Positions 42,564-51,188 of a stretch of DNA of 64,000 bases are shown piece by piece (position 1 is the stretch's first letter; every line of letters begins with the position of its first letter). The position numbers were made by a program, and so were the translations under genes. The notes below the pieces were generated by a model, which worked only from the letters and a program-made list of their open reading frames with translations, was not told the DNA's origin and did not search any database. The stretch comes from Bacillota bacterium (GTDB lineage Bacteria > Bacillota > SHA-98 > UBA4971). The DNA lies in assembly GCA_050949175.1 (NCBI GenBank), contig JBMNFG010000009.1:895-64894 (forward strand). The letters are read 5' to 3'.

Positions 42564-43625
42564 ATGGCCGATGTTTTCATAATGGTAAATGGAAGTGATA
42601 AATTTTGCGGGAATCAAGTAGAGGAGTTCTCGGCTGAAAGAATAGTCACCATGTTGGATGAGGCGGGGCTGGACAGGGCTTTCATATTGTCAGAAGCGTA
42701 TATGCTCGGAATGGATAGAATCGCAGGACCGGATGAGTATAATGACGTGAAAAAGGAAAACAACTATCTTGCCATTCAGTGTGCCAAATATCCTGAAAGA
42801 CTAATAGGCTTTTTCGGTGTAAATCCTCTGAAGGATTATGCAATAAGGGAAGTTGACAGGTGCTACCATGAACTCAAGCTGCCAGGGCTAAAGCTTCATT
42901 TTGACAATTCACTGGTTGATTTGAAGAACCCGGAACATTTGCAGAAAATACAGGAACTTTTTTCTCACGCTGCAAGAAGAGGAATACCGATACTGCTACA
43001 TTTTAGAAGCGAAGTCCCCGAATTCGGGAAAAAGGACGCTGAGATACTTATAAACGAGGTAATCTCAAAATCTCTCGGACTCAAGCTGCAAATAGCTCAC
43101 TTTGGAGGTTGGGGAGGATTCGATGAGGTTACCGAAGAGGTAATCTTAACTTTTATTCAAGCTTACGATAAAAACAAGGACCTAGATAAAAACAATATAG
43201 TTTTCGACATTTCCGGTGTCATTGTAACCGATAATGAGAGAATTGACGGTATACTTCCTAGTACAACCGAGGAACAGGGTAAGAAGATAGCGGATTACAT
43301 TAGGGCCTGGGGAATTGAAAATATCGTATTTGGTAGCGACTGGTGCTTCTGCTCACCGGCAAGGTACATAGACAATATTAAAAGAATGCTGCCTTTAAGT
43401 GAGGCAGAAATCGAGCAAATATTGAGCAATGATACAAGCATAAGAATGTTTGGAAGCAGCGAAATCAGGCATCCTGAGCTAGAGGAGCTTCTCAAGACTC
43501 TTAAAGAAGGTATTGATTACAGTGTACCTTTCAGTGTCAAATTAGGTGGATGGGCACAGAGAGATATCACCGTTGAGATTATTGGTTTCTTTGATATACT
43601 AATATCTAAGAAATATATGTTCTGA
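42564..43625 (+). CDS. TIM-barrel metal-dependent hydrolase-like protein (amidohydrolase-2-like), N-terminally severed from its lipoprotein signal peptide
   Basis: 353-aa ORF in a markedly AT-richer stretch. Weak amidohydrolase-2-like pattern (..LKLHFDNSLVDL..GIPILLHF..FGSDW..). Family call low-confidence. Confidence 0.4.
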   Translation: MADVFIMVNGSDKFCGNQVEEFSAERIVTMLDEAGLDRAFILSEAYMLGMDRIAGPDEYNDVKKENNYLAIQCAKYPERLIGFFGVNPLKDYAIREVDRCYHELKLPGLKLHFDNSLVDLKNPEHLQKIQELFSHAARRGIPILLHFRSEVPEFGKKDAEILINEVISKSLGLKLQIAHFGGWGGFDEVTEEVILTFIQAYDKNKDLDKNNIVFDISGVIVTDNERIDGILPSTTEEQGKKIADYIRAWGIENIVFGSDWCFCSPARYIDNIKRMLPLSEAEIEQILSNDTSIRMFGSSEIRHPELEELLKTLKEGIDYSVPFSVKLGGWAQRDITVEIIGFFDILISKKYMF

Positions 43626-43640
43626 AGGATGCTGTGACAT

Positions 43641-44030
43641 GTGCTAGAGGGAGGGGTTCTCATGTCAAGACCAGCATCGGAGCGTGATTATATGGGCAGC
43701 AGGATAATACGTGTGTCCAAGAAGCGCCAGATAACAATCCCGCTGAAGTACTACGAAGCTCTAGATCTCGGGGACCAAGTTGAATGCTCCCTGGAGAATG
43801 GGGCGATCGTTATTCGACCGTTGCGGCGCACAGATGATGAGTTCTCTGTTGAGATACTGAAGGAACTGGTATCGAAGGGTTTCTCAGGTGATGAACTTGT
43901 TAGGGAATTCGAAGCTGCGCGCTACCGAGTTAGAAAAGCAGTCGACCGATTGCTTGAAGAGGTAGATAGAATCGCCGATGGTACGCAGTCATCGGCTTGC
44001 TTTGACGACATCTTCAATCCAGAGGCTTAA
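43641..44030 (+). CDS. AbrB/MazE (SpoVT-AbrB fold) type II antitoxin
   Basis: Swapped-hairpin motif RIIRVSKKRQITIPLKYYEALDLGDQVECSLENGAIVIRP. Immediately upstream of, and 3 nt from, the toxin gene. The real start is probably ATG at 43662 or 43692. Confidence 0.7.
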   Translation: MLEGGVLMSRPASERDYMGSRIIRVSKKRQITIPLKYYEALDLGDQVECSLENGAIVIRPLRRTDDEFSVEILKELVSKGFSGDELVREFEAARYRVRKAVDRLLEEVDRIADGTQSSACFDDIFNPEA

Positions 44031-44032
44031 TA

Positions 44033-44323
44033 ATGTATGACCTCCGTTTCAGCTCATCGGCTGAGAGATACCTGAAGAAGCTTAAAGACAGAGCACTCAA
44101 AGATGCCTATAAGACTGCTTTTCTTTCGATTATGAAGAACCCCTACATCGGTAGCCGGAAGGTGGGCGATTTATGGGGAGTATATGGGTTTGATTTCAGG
44201 CACCGAGGAGTCAGCTACGAGATCGCCTATGTCATACGGGAGGGAAATAAGCCAGTAGTAGTGGTTCTTTTAGCGGGTACAAGAGAAAACTTCTACCAGC
44301 AATTGAAGCGCTACATGAAATAA
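44033..44323 (+). CDS. RelE/ParE-superfamily type II toxin
   Basis: 96 aa, basic, with a RelE/ParE-like beta-sheet core (...GVYGFDFRHRGVSYEIAYVIREGNKPVVVVLLAGTRENFYQQLKRY). Classic antitoxin-toxin order. Confidence 0.65.
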   Translation: MYDLRFSSSAERYLKKLKDRALKDAYKTAFLSIMKNPYIGSRKVGDLWGVYGFDFRHRGVSYEIAYVIREGNKPVVVVLLAGTRENFYQQLKRYMK

Positions 44324-44482
44324 TACTTTTGATAAACAAAAAAGTGTCTCATGCCCGCCGAAATAATTCCAGGATACCGAAAACACCTCCGGAGGGGGGT
44401 TGCATTATCACAGGCCGACCGCAGGAGTATCGTTCCGCAATTGACAAACGTCAGCATCGTAGATAAACTAGAAACGCAAGGT

Positions 44483-44558
44483 GCGCCCGTAGCTCAGTGG
44501 ATAGAGCGTCTGACTTCGGATCAGAAAGTCGGGGGTTCAAATCCCTCCGGGCGTGCCA
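44483..44558 (+). tRNA. tRNA-Arg (anticodon UCG)
   Basis: GCGCCCGTAGCTCAGTGGATAGAGCG-TCTGA-CTTCGGA-TCAGA...GGGGGTTCAAATCCCTCCGGGCGTGCCA; 76 nt with encoded CCA. Confidence 0.9.
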
Positions 44559-44640
44559 TGCTTTATCTGATGAGGTTCTTATCTGGGGTTATATAGAGTT
44601 CAGAACGGGTTCTGAGTTTGTTCAGGACCTTCTTTTTTTC

Positions 44641-45849
44641 TCACTCGTAACGCAAGGCTTCTACAGGGTCCAGTTTTGCAGCTCTGCTGGCCGGGTATAT
44701 ACCGAAGAAGAGTCCGACAGCTACAGCGAAGCCAAATGGGATGAGTACGGAAGCCGGAGAGATAGCGCTGGGCCATCCTGTGACACGGGCTGCGATCTTT
44801 GAACCTATGATTCCTACGATTATCCCCATTACGCCGCCGACTATGCTCAAGGCAATCGATTCAACAAGAAATTGCAGCAAGATATCAATGATTCGTGCGC
44901 CGACAGACTTTCGCAGTCCGATTTCGCGTGTCCGTTCAGTTACAGATACGAGCATTATGTTCATGACGCCAATCCCGCCGACGACAAGTGAGACCCCGGC
45001 GATCCCGGCAAGGAGAACAGTGAACACCCGAGTAACGTCTTGAGCTGCTTCTATCACATCAGCCTGGTTGTTTATGACAAAGGCATCGGGACTGCCCAGA
45101 CGGGCCGTTAAGACTGCTACCAGCTCATCATTGGCAGCGCTCATGGATCTCGCATCACGTGCCTGGACGTATATCGTCCGTACATATTTTGTCCCTAGGA
45201 TACGCTTCTGAGCAGTTGTTATAGGCACATACACGGTGTCGTCTATGTTCGTCATTCCGCTTTGGCCTTTCCTTTCCATGACTCCTATAACCAAGAGTCG
45301 AGTCTCACCGACTTTGATTTCCTTTCCTATTAGGCTCTGGTCAGGGGAAAGGTCATCTACTATGCCTTGGCCTACAACAGCTACTTTGTTTGCTGAGCGT
45401 ACATCTTCGCTTGTAAAGAACGTACCCTCAGCCACGTTGAAAGCACGTGCTGACAGATAGTCAGGTGTTGTCGCAACGAGCTGTGTTTGCATACTGGCTG
45501 TTCCATGTTTTACTTGCACACGGCTTGAGATTTCCGGGGCAACTGCGGAAACGGAAGGACACTCGTCGCGGATAGCGTCTACATCATCCAGGGTGAGGAC
45601 ATCCATGCTTCCGAACGCGCCAAATGTTCGTACGCCGGGCTCTCTCATTCTTCCGGGTGTAACAATAAGAAGGTTGGAGCCCAGCCTCTGAATCTGAGAT
45701 GACACTCGGCGACTGGCACCTTCTCCGATTGCTACCATAATGACGACTGCAGCAACTCCTATGATTATGCCCAGCATAGTCAGGGCGGACCGCATTCTGT
45801 TGCTTCTAATGCTTTTAAATGCAACTTTGATACACTCAAGTAGGTTCAT
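44641..45849 (-). CDS. MacB/FtsX-family ABC transporter permease (no fused ATPase domain)
   Basis: 402 aa. N-terminal TM, large periplasmic MacB_PCD-like domain, C-terminal FtsX 3-TM module (…IGLRKSVGA…LFFGIYPASRAAKLDPVEALRYE). Confidence 0.8.
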   Translation of the reverse strand: MNLLECIKVAFKSIRSNRMRSALTMLGIIIGVAAVVIMVAIGEGASRRVSSQIQRLGSNLLIVTPGRMREPGVRTFGAFGSMDVLTLDDVDAIRDECPSVSAVAPEISSRVQVKHGTASMQTQLVATTPDYLSARAFNVAEGTFFTSEDVRSANKVAVVGQGIVDDLSPDQSLIGKEIKVGETRLLVIGVMERKGQSGMTNIDDTVYVPITTAQKRILGTKYVRTIYVQARDARSMSAANDELVAVLTARLGSPDAFVINNQADVIEAAQDVTRVFTVLLAGIAGVSLVVGGIGVMNIMLVSVTERTREIGLRKSVGARIIDILLQFLVESIALSIVGGVMGIIVGIIGSKIAARVTGWPSAISPASVLIPFGFAVAVGLFFGIYPASRAAKLDPVEALRYE

Positions 45850-45932
45850 CCTGCTTGCACCTCTCCGGAGGCCTCTTTTCGGAGGCCTACAACCGGGCTG
45901 CCTCTCGAAGTACTGTTCTTCATGGTTAACTC

Positions 45933-47504
45933 TTACCTAATGACTACGGCTCTGCCAGGCTGGATCATTTGCGGCGCGGCTCCCCCGGGAACGAATTGCA
46001 TTACCGAGTTTTGCCCTCTTTCTCGGGCGCGATCAGAGACAGTCCTTGCAGCACCTGTCATAGGACTTGGGATTGCCACCACCTCGCCGGGTTCGAGGCC
46101 GGAAATGACTTCGGTGAACGTCCCGTCAGATATTCCGACTTCAATTGGTTTGAAAGAAGGCTCGTTGTTTTCATCAAGGACACGGGCCATTACAAGCCCC
46201 CTGAAGCTTTCAAGGGCTGCATTGGGAATGACGAGGATATTGGACCGCTCTTCAACGATGATGTCTACATCAGCGGTCATACCGGATTTTAATGCTCCTG
46301 TCTCATCTGTGACTTGCACTGTGACTTCGAAGTATACTACTCCGCCGATTACTTTGCCCTGTTCAGCAACGGTATCCACAACACCTCTGAATACCCTTCC
46401 CGGGATAGATTCTACGATAACATCTGCCGCCTGGCCTACTTTGACGCTATGGACATCTGTTTCATCCACGTTTGCCAGGACTGTTAAGTGTTTCAGATCT
46501 GTAACGACTGCAAGGACATTAGACGGTCCTGCAGCTTGCCCAATTTGTGCTGAGACTTCGGTTATTGTCCCGTCTATGGGCGAGAAGACATTTGTAAAGC
46601 TTACGTTGCGCTCTGCTGCGCTGACAGCGTTTCTTGCCTGGGCCACCTGTGCCCGGGCTGTAAGGAGCTGCTGCTCAACATTGAGGGATCGTTCGTTTTC
46701 CTCAGCTATCTTCAAATTTATTTCAGCCTGGGCTACTGCTGCTCGAGCTGCGGCCAGCTCCACCGGGTCAGGGTCTGCCAGCAAAAGATCGCGCTTCTGC
46801 TCCTGAGCTTTGAGGGATTCAACAGCGGTCAGGTACTTGCTTTCCGCATTTTCCAGCTGCTGACGGGTTACTGCTCCTTGCTCATACAGGACTTTGTACC
46901 GGTTGTATTCGTTTTCTGCACTCTCGAGGCTGAGTTGCGCTTGCCGGACTTGTGTCTCGGCCTGATCTATGTCCTGAGGCTTTGCGCCTTCTGTAAGTTG
47001 TGCCAGCTTGGCTTCTGCATTCAGAAGGTTAACCTTTGCCTGCTCCACTTGGAGCCTGGCTTGAGTCGGTGCGATGCGCGCCTGGGTTTCTGCCTCCTGG
47101 AGTTTTGCTTCAGCAATGGCCAGGTTGTATCTGGCCTCTTCGAGACGTTCCAGTGTGTCTTGTTTGTCTAGGGCAACCAGGAGCTGTCCTTCTTTTACAA
47201 CGTCTCCCACTTTCACAAAGACTTCAGTTACCGTCGAGTTAATCTTGGGCGTAACCTGGTATGTAATCCCTGGCTTCACTGCGCCTGAAGACGCAATCTT
47301 CTTCGTGATCGAGCCATGCATCACGGGAACCTGCTGGTACAGAACTCGTGACTCTGCGGCTTTTCGATTCTCTACGATCTGCTGATACCGCATGTATCCT
47401 GCTACCGCTACCGCGCACAGCAGAAATGCAACAAGAATTGTGCGCCACGGGCGTCTCCGGTTCTTGGGACTTGCTGCTGTGCTTTCGCCTTTCATTTCGT
47501 CCAC
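45933..47504 (-). CDS. HlyD/MFP-family periplasmic adaptor (MacA-like), long coiled-coil hairpin
   Basis: 523 aa. N-terminal TM anchor, extended alpha-helical Ala/Gln/Glu-rich hairpin, C-terminal beta-barrel/MP domains. 12-nt overlap with the upstream OEP gene. Confidence 0.8.
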   Translation of the reverse strand: MDEMKGESTAASPKNRRRPWRTILVAFLLCAVAVAGYMRYQQIVENRKAAESRVLYQQVPVMHGSITKKIASSGAVKPGITYQVTPKINSTVTEVFVKVGDVVKEGQLLVALDKQDTLERLEEARYNLAIAEAKLQEAETQARIAPTQARLQVEQAKVNLLNAEAKLAQLTEGAKPQDIDQAETQVRQAQLSLESAENEYNRYKVLYEQGAVTRQQLENAESKYLTAVESLKAQEQKRDLLLADPDPVELAAARAAVAQAEINLKIAEENERSLNVEQQLLTARAQVAQARNAVSAAERNVSFTNVFSPIDGTITEVSAQIGQAAGPSNVLAVVTDLKHLTVLANVDETDVHSVKVGQAADVIVESIPGRVFRGVVDTVAEQGKVIGGVVYFEVTVQVTDETGALKSGMTADVDIIVEERSNILVIPNAALESFRGLVMARVLDENNEPSFKPIEVGISDGTFTEVISGLEPGEVVAIPSPMTGAARTVSDRARERGQNSVMQFVPGGAAPQMIQPGRAVVIR

Positions 47505-49006
47505 CCCTCAGTGCCAAGCAGGCCAATGGCTTTTTCAAGGCGTGCTTGGGCAAGGTAGTAATCAAATAAGGCATCGACGACTCCTGACTCTGCCTGAGAC
47601 AGGGATTGGGCGGCGTCGATGACTTCTGTTACCACTGCTACGCCCATTTCGAAGCGGGCTTCCGTCACTTCTAAGAAGTCTTTGGCTTCAAGGACTGTCT
47701 TGCGAGCAAGTTCAAGGTTTATGCGCGCGTGTTTCACTGTGGTTGACGCTTGGTAAACTTCTTCGATTATTGCCTGCCTCTGGCGGTCTCTTGCAATCTC
47801 TTGAGCCTTGAGACTGAGTTCTGCCTGTTTCAGCTTTTCCTCAGCAACTCCTCCGTCCCAGAGAGAAAACGCTACATTAAATCCCACAGACGAACTGGAT
47901 TTCGGCAAAGATCCTGCGTCAGGATTCTGTAGAGACGTAGCTCCTTGCGAGAAGTCTCTGTCAGGACTTTGTCCTGAAGATCCTCTGCTGCTTAGCGACA
48001 TATTCCAGCCGGCGTCGCCTGTGGAAAGGTTGAGTGAAGCAGACGCTGAAAACGAACTTACATCTTGATGAGAGTAATTCGCGTAGAGGTTTACAGAAGG
48101 CTTCAGGGATCTTTTGACCGTTTCAATTGAAGCTTCTGCCTTGAGACAAGATAGATCCGCTTGTATCATTTCTATGCGGCTCTCTAAGGCTATTGCTACG
48201 AGTTTGTCAAGTTCATATTCGTCATACTTATCTACTTTTATCTGAAGTGCTTCTAATACCTCGGAGGGGTCTGTAAGCCGGAATTCTGTTTCAGGCGGAA
48301 AGCCTAACATCAGGGCAAACGAACGCTTTGCGCTTGCCAGGGAATCCTCGGCCTTCATGAGATTGAACTTCGCTTGATCCAGTTGATTTTGGGTTCTCAT
48401 GAGATCAAGCTGAGTAGCCAAACCTAAATCTAGCTTCGTTTCTACCTCTTCCAGGAGGCGCTCGGTTTTTTCGATATTAACACCGGTTAAGTCCCTCAAC
48501 TGTTGCGCTTTGATCACATTAAGATACGCCGATATTGTATCCAGCACGACTTTCTGCTCTGTTTTGGCAAAGTCGAGTTCCGCTTCCTGCAGGCTGATCT
48601 CGCTGAGTTCCTGAGGCGAAAGCCCCACGCTGAAAGGTTTCGCCATGACACCCTGCAAGGACTGACTTGCAGTGACGGTCATAGATGAGCCTGCTGATGA
48701 TGTTGAAACCTCTTTAGATAGAGGAATCAGCGTCCCTTGTCCAGACGCTTGGATAGATATCTTAGGCCCTGTATTCCCCTGGCTTTCTCTTAACCTGGAC
48801 ATTGCAAGCTCCAGCCCTTGTTTGGCTGCGGTTATCTCAGGGCTTTGCCGGAGAGCGATGCTTATGGCGTCCGGCAGAGTAAGGATCATGGTTTCCGTAT
48901 CGCTTGACGCCTCAAGGGCATGTTGCCATGAAAAGATCAGGACGAGCAGGGCGAGAACGGCCACGGTTCCCGTTTGTTTCTTCCTTGCAACAATCAGTTT
49001 CTTCAT
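47492..49006 (-). CDS. TolC-like outer-membrane efflux protein (OEP family)
   Basis: 504 aa with signal peptide and two OEP repeats (helical hairpins with LxxAxxxLxxAxxxY-like heptads, ...ARLEKAIG at C-terminus). Confidence 0.75.
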   Translation of the reverse strand: MKKLIVARKKQTGTVAVLALLVLIFSWQHALEASSDTETMILTLPDAISIALRQSPEITAAKQGLELAMSRLRESQGNTGPKISIQASGQGTLIPLSKEVSTSSAGSSMTVTASQSLQGVMAKPFSVGLSPQELSEISLQEAELDFAKTEQKVVLDTISAYLNVIKAQQLRDLTGVNIEKTERLLEEVETKLDLGLATQLDLMRTQNQLDQAKFNLMKAEDSLASAKRSFALMLGFPPETEFRLTDPSEVLEALQIKVDKYDEYELDKLVAIALESRIEMIQADLSCLKAEASIETVKRSLKPSVNLYANYSHQDVSSFSASASLNLSTGDAGWNMSLSSRGSSGQSPDRDFSQGATSLQNPDAGSLPKSSSSVGFNVAFSLWDGGVAEEKLKQAELSLKAQEIARDRQRQAIIEEVYQASTTVKHARINLELARKTVLEAKDFLEVTEARFEMGVAVVTEVIDAAQSLSQAESGVVDALFDYYLAQARLEKAIGLLGTEGWTK

Positions 49007-50142
49007 GATTCAGGGACACCTCCGGTGGTGCCGGCTGTATCACCTATAGTGCGGTTAAATTGGGATCTTGCCATATTATAGTCGTATATAGCCTGCAGAG
49101 CATCTATTTGACTTTGGGTATACTGGTTTTGTGCGGCCAGGACTTCTACGTTTGTAGCCATGTCAGCTTCAAAGAGGAGCTGGGTTATACGGAGGTTCTC
49201 GCGGGCTTCGTTGACTCTGGCCTCGGAAAGTTCTATTTTCGCTTCTGCCTGCACTAGCGACACATAGGCCTGGCGAACCGAAAGAGCTATTTTGTTTTCC
49301 TGCTCTTTCAACCTGATCCTGGCATCGTCAGCTGAGATCTTGGCTCGTTCGTATGTAAGACGCGGCGTAAAAGCATTATCCGCGAGTTTCACATTCATAT
49401 CAGCGATTTCCACTGCCGATTTTGCCTGGGCAATCTCAATCCGGTTGGCAAGTGCAAATTCTATAGCGGCGTCAAGATCTAAGCCTTCCGTTCTCTCATA
49501 GGAAAACTCATCTTCCAGAGAGAGGACGGTGGTAGGTGCAAATCCGATAGCCTGGTTAAGCGATACCATTGCAAGCTCTCGGTTGAGAATCGCGCTTGCC
49601 AGGCTGTTTCGAGATGAAGCCACTTGATTCTCCGCTCTGATAATGTCAAGCTGTGTAGCCATGCCTACGCTTTCTTTAGCATTGGTGATCTGAAGCTGTC
49701 TTTCGGCAAGATCAAGAGCCTGCTCTGCGATGGATACCATGTGCTCTGCCCGAAGAAGTGAGTAATATAGCTGGTCTGTTGAAAGGATTACGTCCTGCTT
49801 GACGATTTCCAAGCTTTTTTCGGCAGATTTCAAGTTCATCTCGGCTTGGTAGAGCGATGTAGGCGACGGCCTTGTCAGGTTTGTGGCTTCTGCTTGCTCC
49901 AAGGCCAGCTTGGCATCGAGTACCGCGTTTTCAGCCAAGAGCACGCTTGCACTGTGTTTTAGCGCCAGCCTGCGGCATTCTTCAAGACTGACATTTACTA
50001 CCTGGGGTTCTGATTCGATATCGCTTGCTGAGGCAAATGTGGAAAATACTGCCGCACTGAAAACGGCTGTCATGGCGAAAAGCACGATTATTGCCGGTAT
50101 CCTGTGTAACCACAGAACGGCCCTGCGTTTCTGTGATAACAT
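49003..50142 (-). CDS. TolC-like outer-membrane efflux protein (second OEP paralogue)
   Basis: 379 aa with signal/TM anchor and OEP repeat helices; 4-nt overlap with the downstream OEP gene (operon). Confidence 0.7.
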   Translation of the reverse strand: MLSQKRRAVLWLHRIPAIIVLFAMTAVFSAAVFSTFASASDIESEPQVVNVSLEECRRLALKHSASVLLAENAVLDAKLALEQAEATNLTRPSPTSLYQAEMNLKSAEKSLEIVKQDVILSTDQLYYSLLRAEHMVSIAEQALDLAERQLQITNAKESVGMATQLDIIRAENQVASSRNSLASAILNRELAMVSLNQAIGFAPTTVLSLEDEFSYERTEGLDLDAAIEFALANRIEIAQAKSAVEIADMNVKLADNAFTPRLTYERAKISADDARIRLKEQENKIALSVRQAYVSLVQAEAKIELSEARVNEARENLRITQLLFEADMATNVEVLAAQNQYTQSQIDALQAIYDYNMARSQFNRTIGDTAGTTGGVPES

Positions 50143-50586
50143 CTCGAGAGATCCCTCCTTCTTTCAACACGCACCTTAGAGGCACCGAACGTTCGCGATT
50201 ACTGCGGATTCCATCATACATGATGCTGTTGATTGAACTGCTCCGGTCTGTTTTTTGGTGTTGGCTACATTCTCATATATTAACGGGAGAACTGTCAAGG
50301 CGTTGCCGGGACTTATGTAGTCGGCTTCTGATAATGTCATTCATTGGTTTTTCATATTGATGCTTATTCCGGCAAGGATTACAATAGTTATGAACATATG
50401 ATTAATACTGTGTTGCCATGGCCATTACGACCATACAGGTAGTTTGCGTTCTTTGTTGAATCGGGTAAGATTCATATCGGGAAGTGTCGGTGTCACTTTC
50501 CAAGTTTGAGATATAAACAAGAGCTTGTGTTTTCTCCGCAATGTATTTATGATGCAGGAAGATGCGAAAGAAGGATGAGTTGCAAT

Positions 50587-50985
50587 ATGTTTTATAATGA
50601 GAAGGTCCTGGAGCATTTCTTGAACCCTAAGAACGTCGGTGAGATTGAAGACGCAGACGGAGTCGGGATAATAGGCGATCCCGGGTGCGGTGACTGTATA
50701 AAGGTTTTCATCAAGGTCAAGGATAGACGGATTGATGACATCAAGTTTAAGGTTTACGGATGTCCTGCTGCAATCGGAACCAGCAGCATAACGACGGAGC
50801 TTGCCAAAGGTAAGACTCTGGACGAAGCTTTTCAGATCAGTAATGAAGATGTTGTTGAAGCACTAGGCGGTCTCCCGGACCCCAAAATCCATTGCTCCGT
50901 TTTGTGCCCCGCTGCGCTCAGGCTGGCTATTCTCGATTATGTTGCAAAGCTGAAAGAGAAGAAGATTAAGGAGAAGCAAGCCTAA
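50587..50985 (+). CDS. nifU: IscU/NifU-like Fe-S cluster scaffold protein
   Basis: Start at MFYNEKVLEHFLNPKNVG; conserved cluster-ligand Cys (GDPGCGD, YGCPAAIG, HCS). Confidence 0.85.
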   Translation: MFYNEKVLEHFLNPKNVGEIEDADGVGIIGDPGCGDCIKVFIKVKDRRIDDIKFKVYGCPAAIGTSSITTELAKGKTLDEAFQISNEDVVEALGGLPDPKIHCSVLCPAALRLAILDYVAKLKEKKIKEKQA

Positions 50986-51188
50986 GCATTGATTCGGCTG
51001 AGTCAGATCCTGCCGCTTAGGATGCCGTCGCTGAGTGCAGGATAAGCTGCAGAAAAGCCTACGCATCCTTAAAGGCGCCCTGCAAAGCACGATGTTTTCT
51101 ACAACTAATGGTCTGTTCAGGGTATATCAGACGATAGTTCTCTCTTCGCAAAAGCCAGCTGATAGGTTCAGATAGCCTTTGTTTGCTT

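Noticed and set aside
42150-44480. Intact integrative element (prophage or ICE) at tRNA-Arg
   Set aside because: No integrase, recombinase, transposase or phage structural genes, and no obvious att direct repeat. Only a compositionally deviant islet with a TA pair.
45922-46806. 294-aa plus-strand ORF (Ser/Thr/Ala-rich)
   Set aside because: Antisense to the clearly genuine HlyD-family gene (45933-47504). It is low-complexity S/T/A-rich, typical of the reverse strand of a coiled-coil Ala/Glu/Gln-rich gene.
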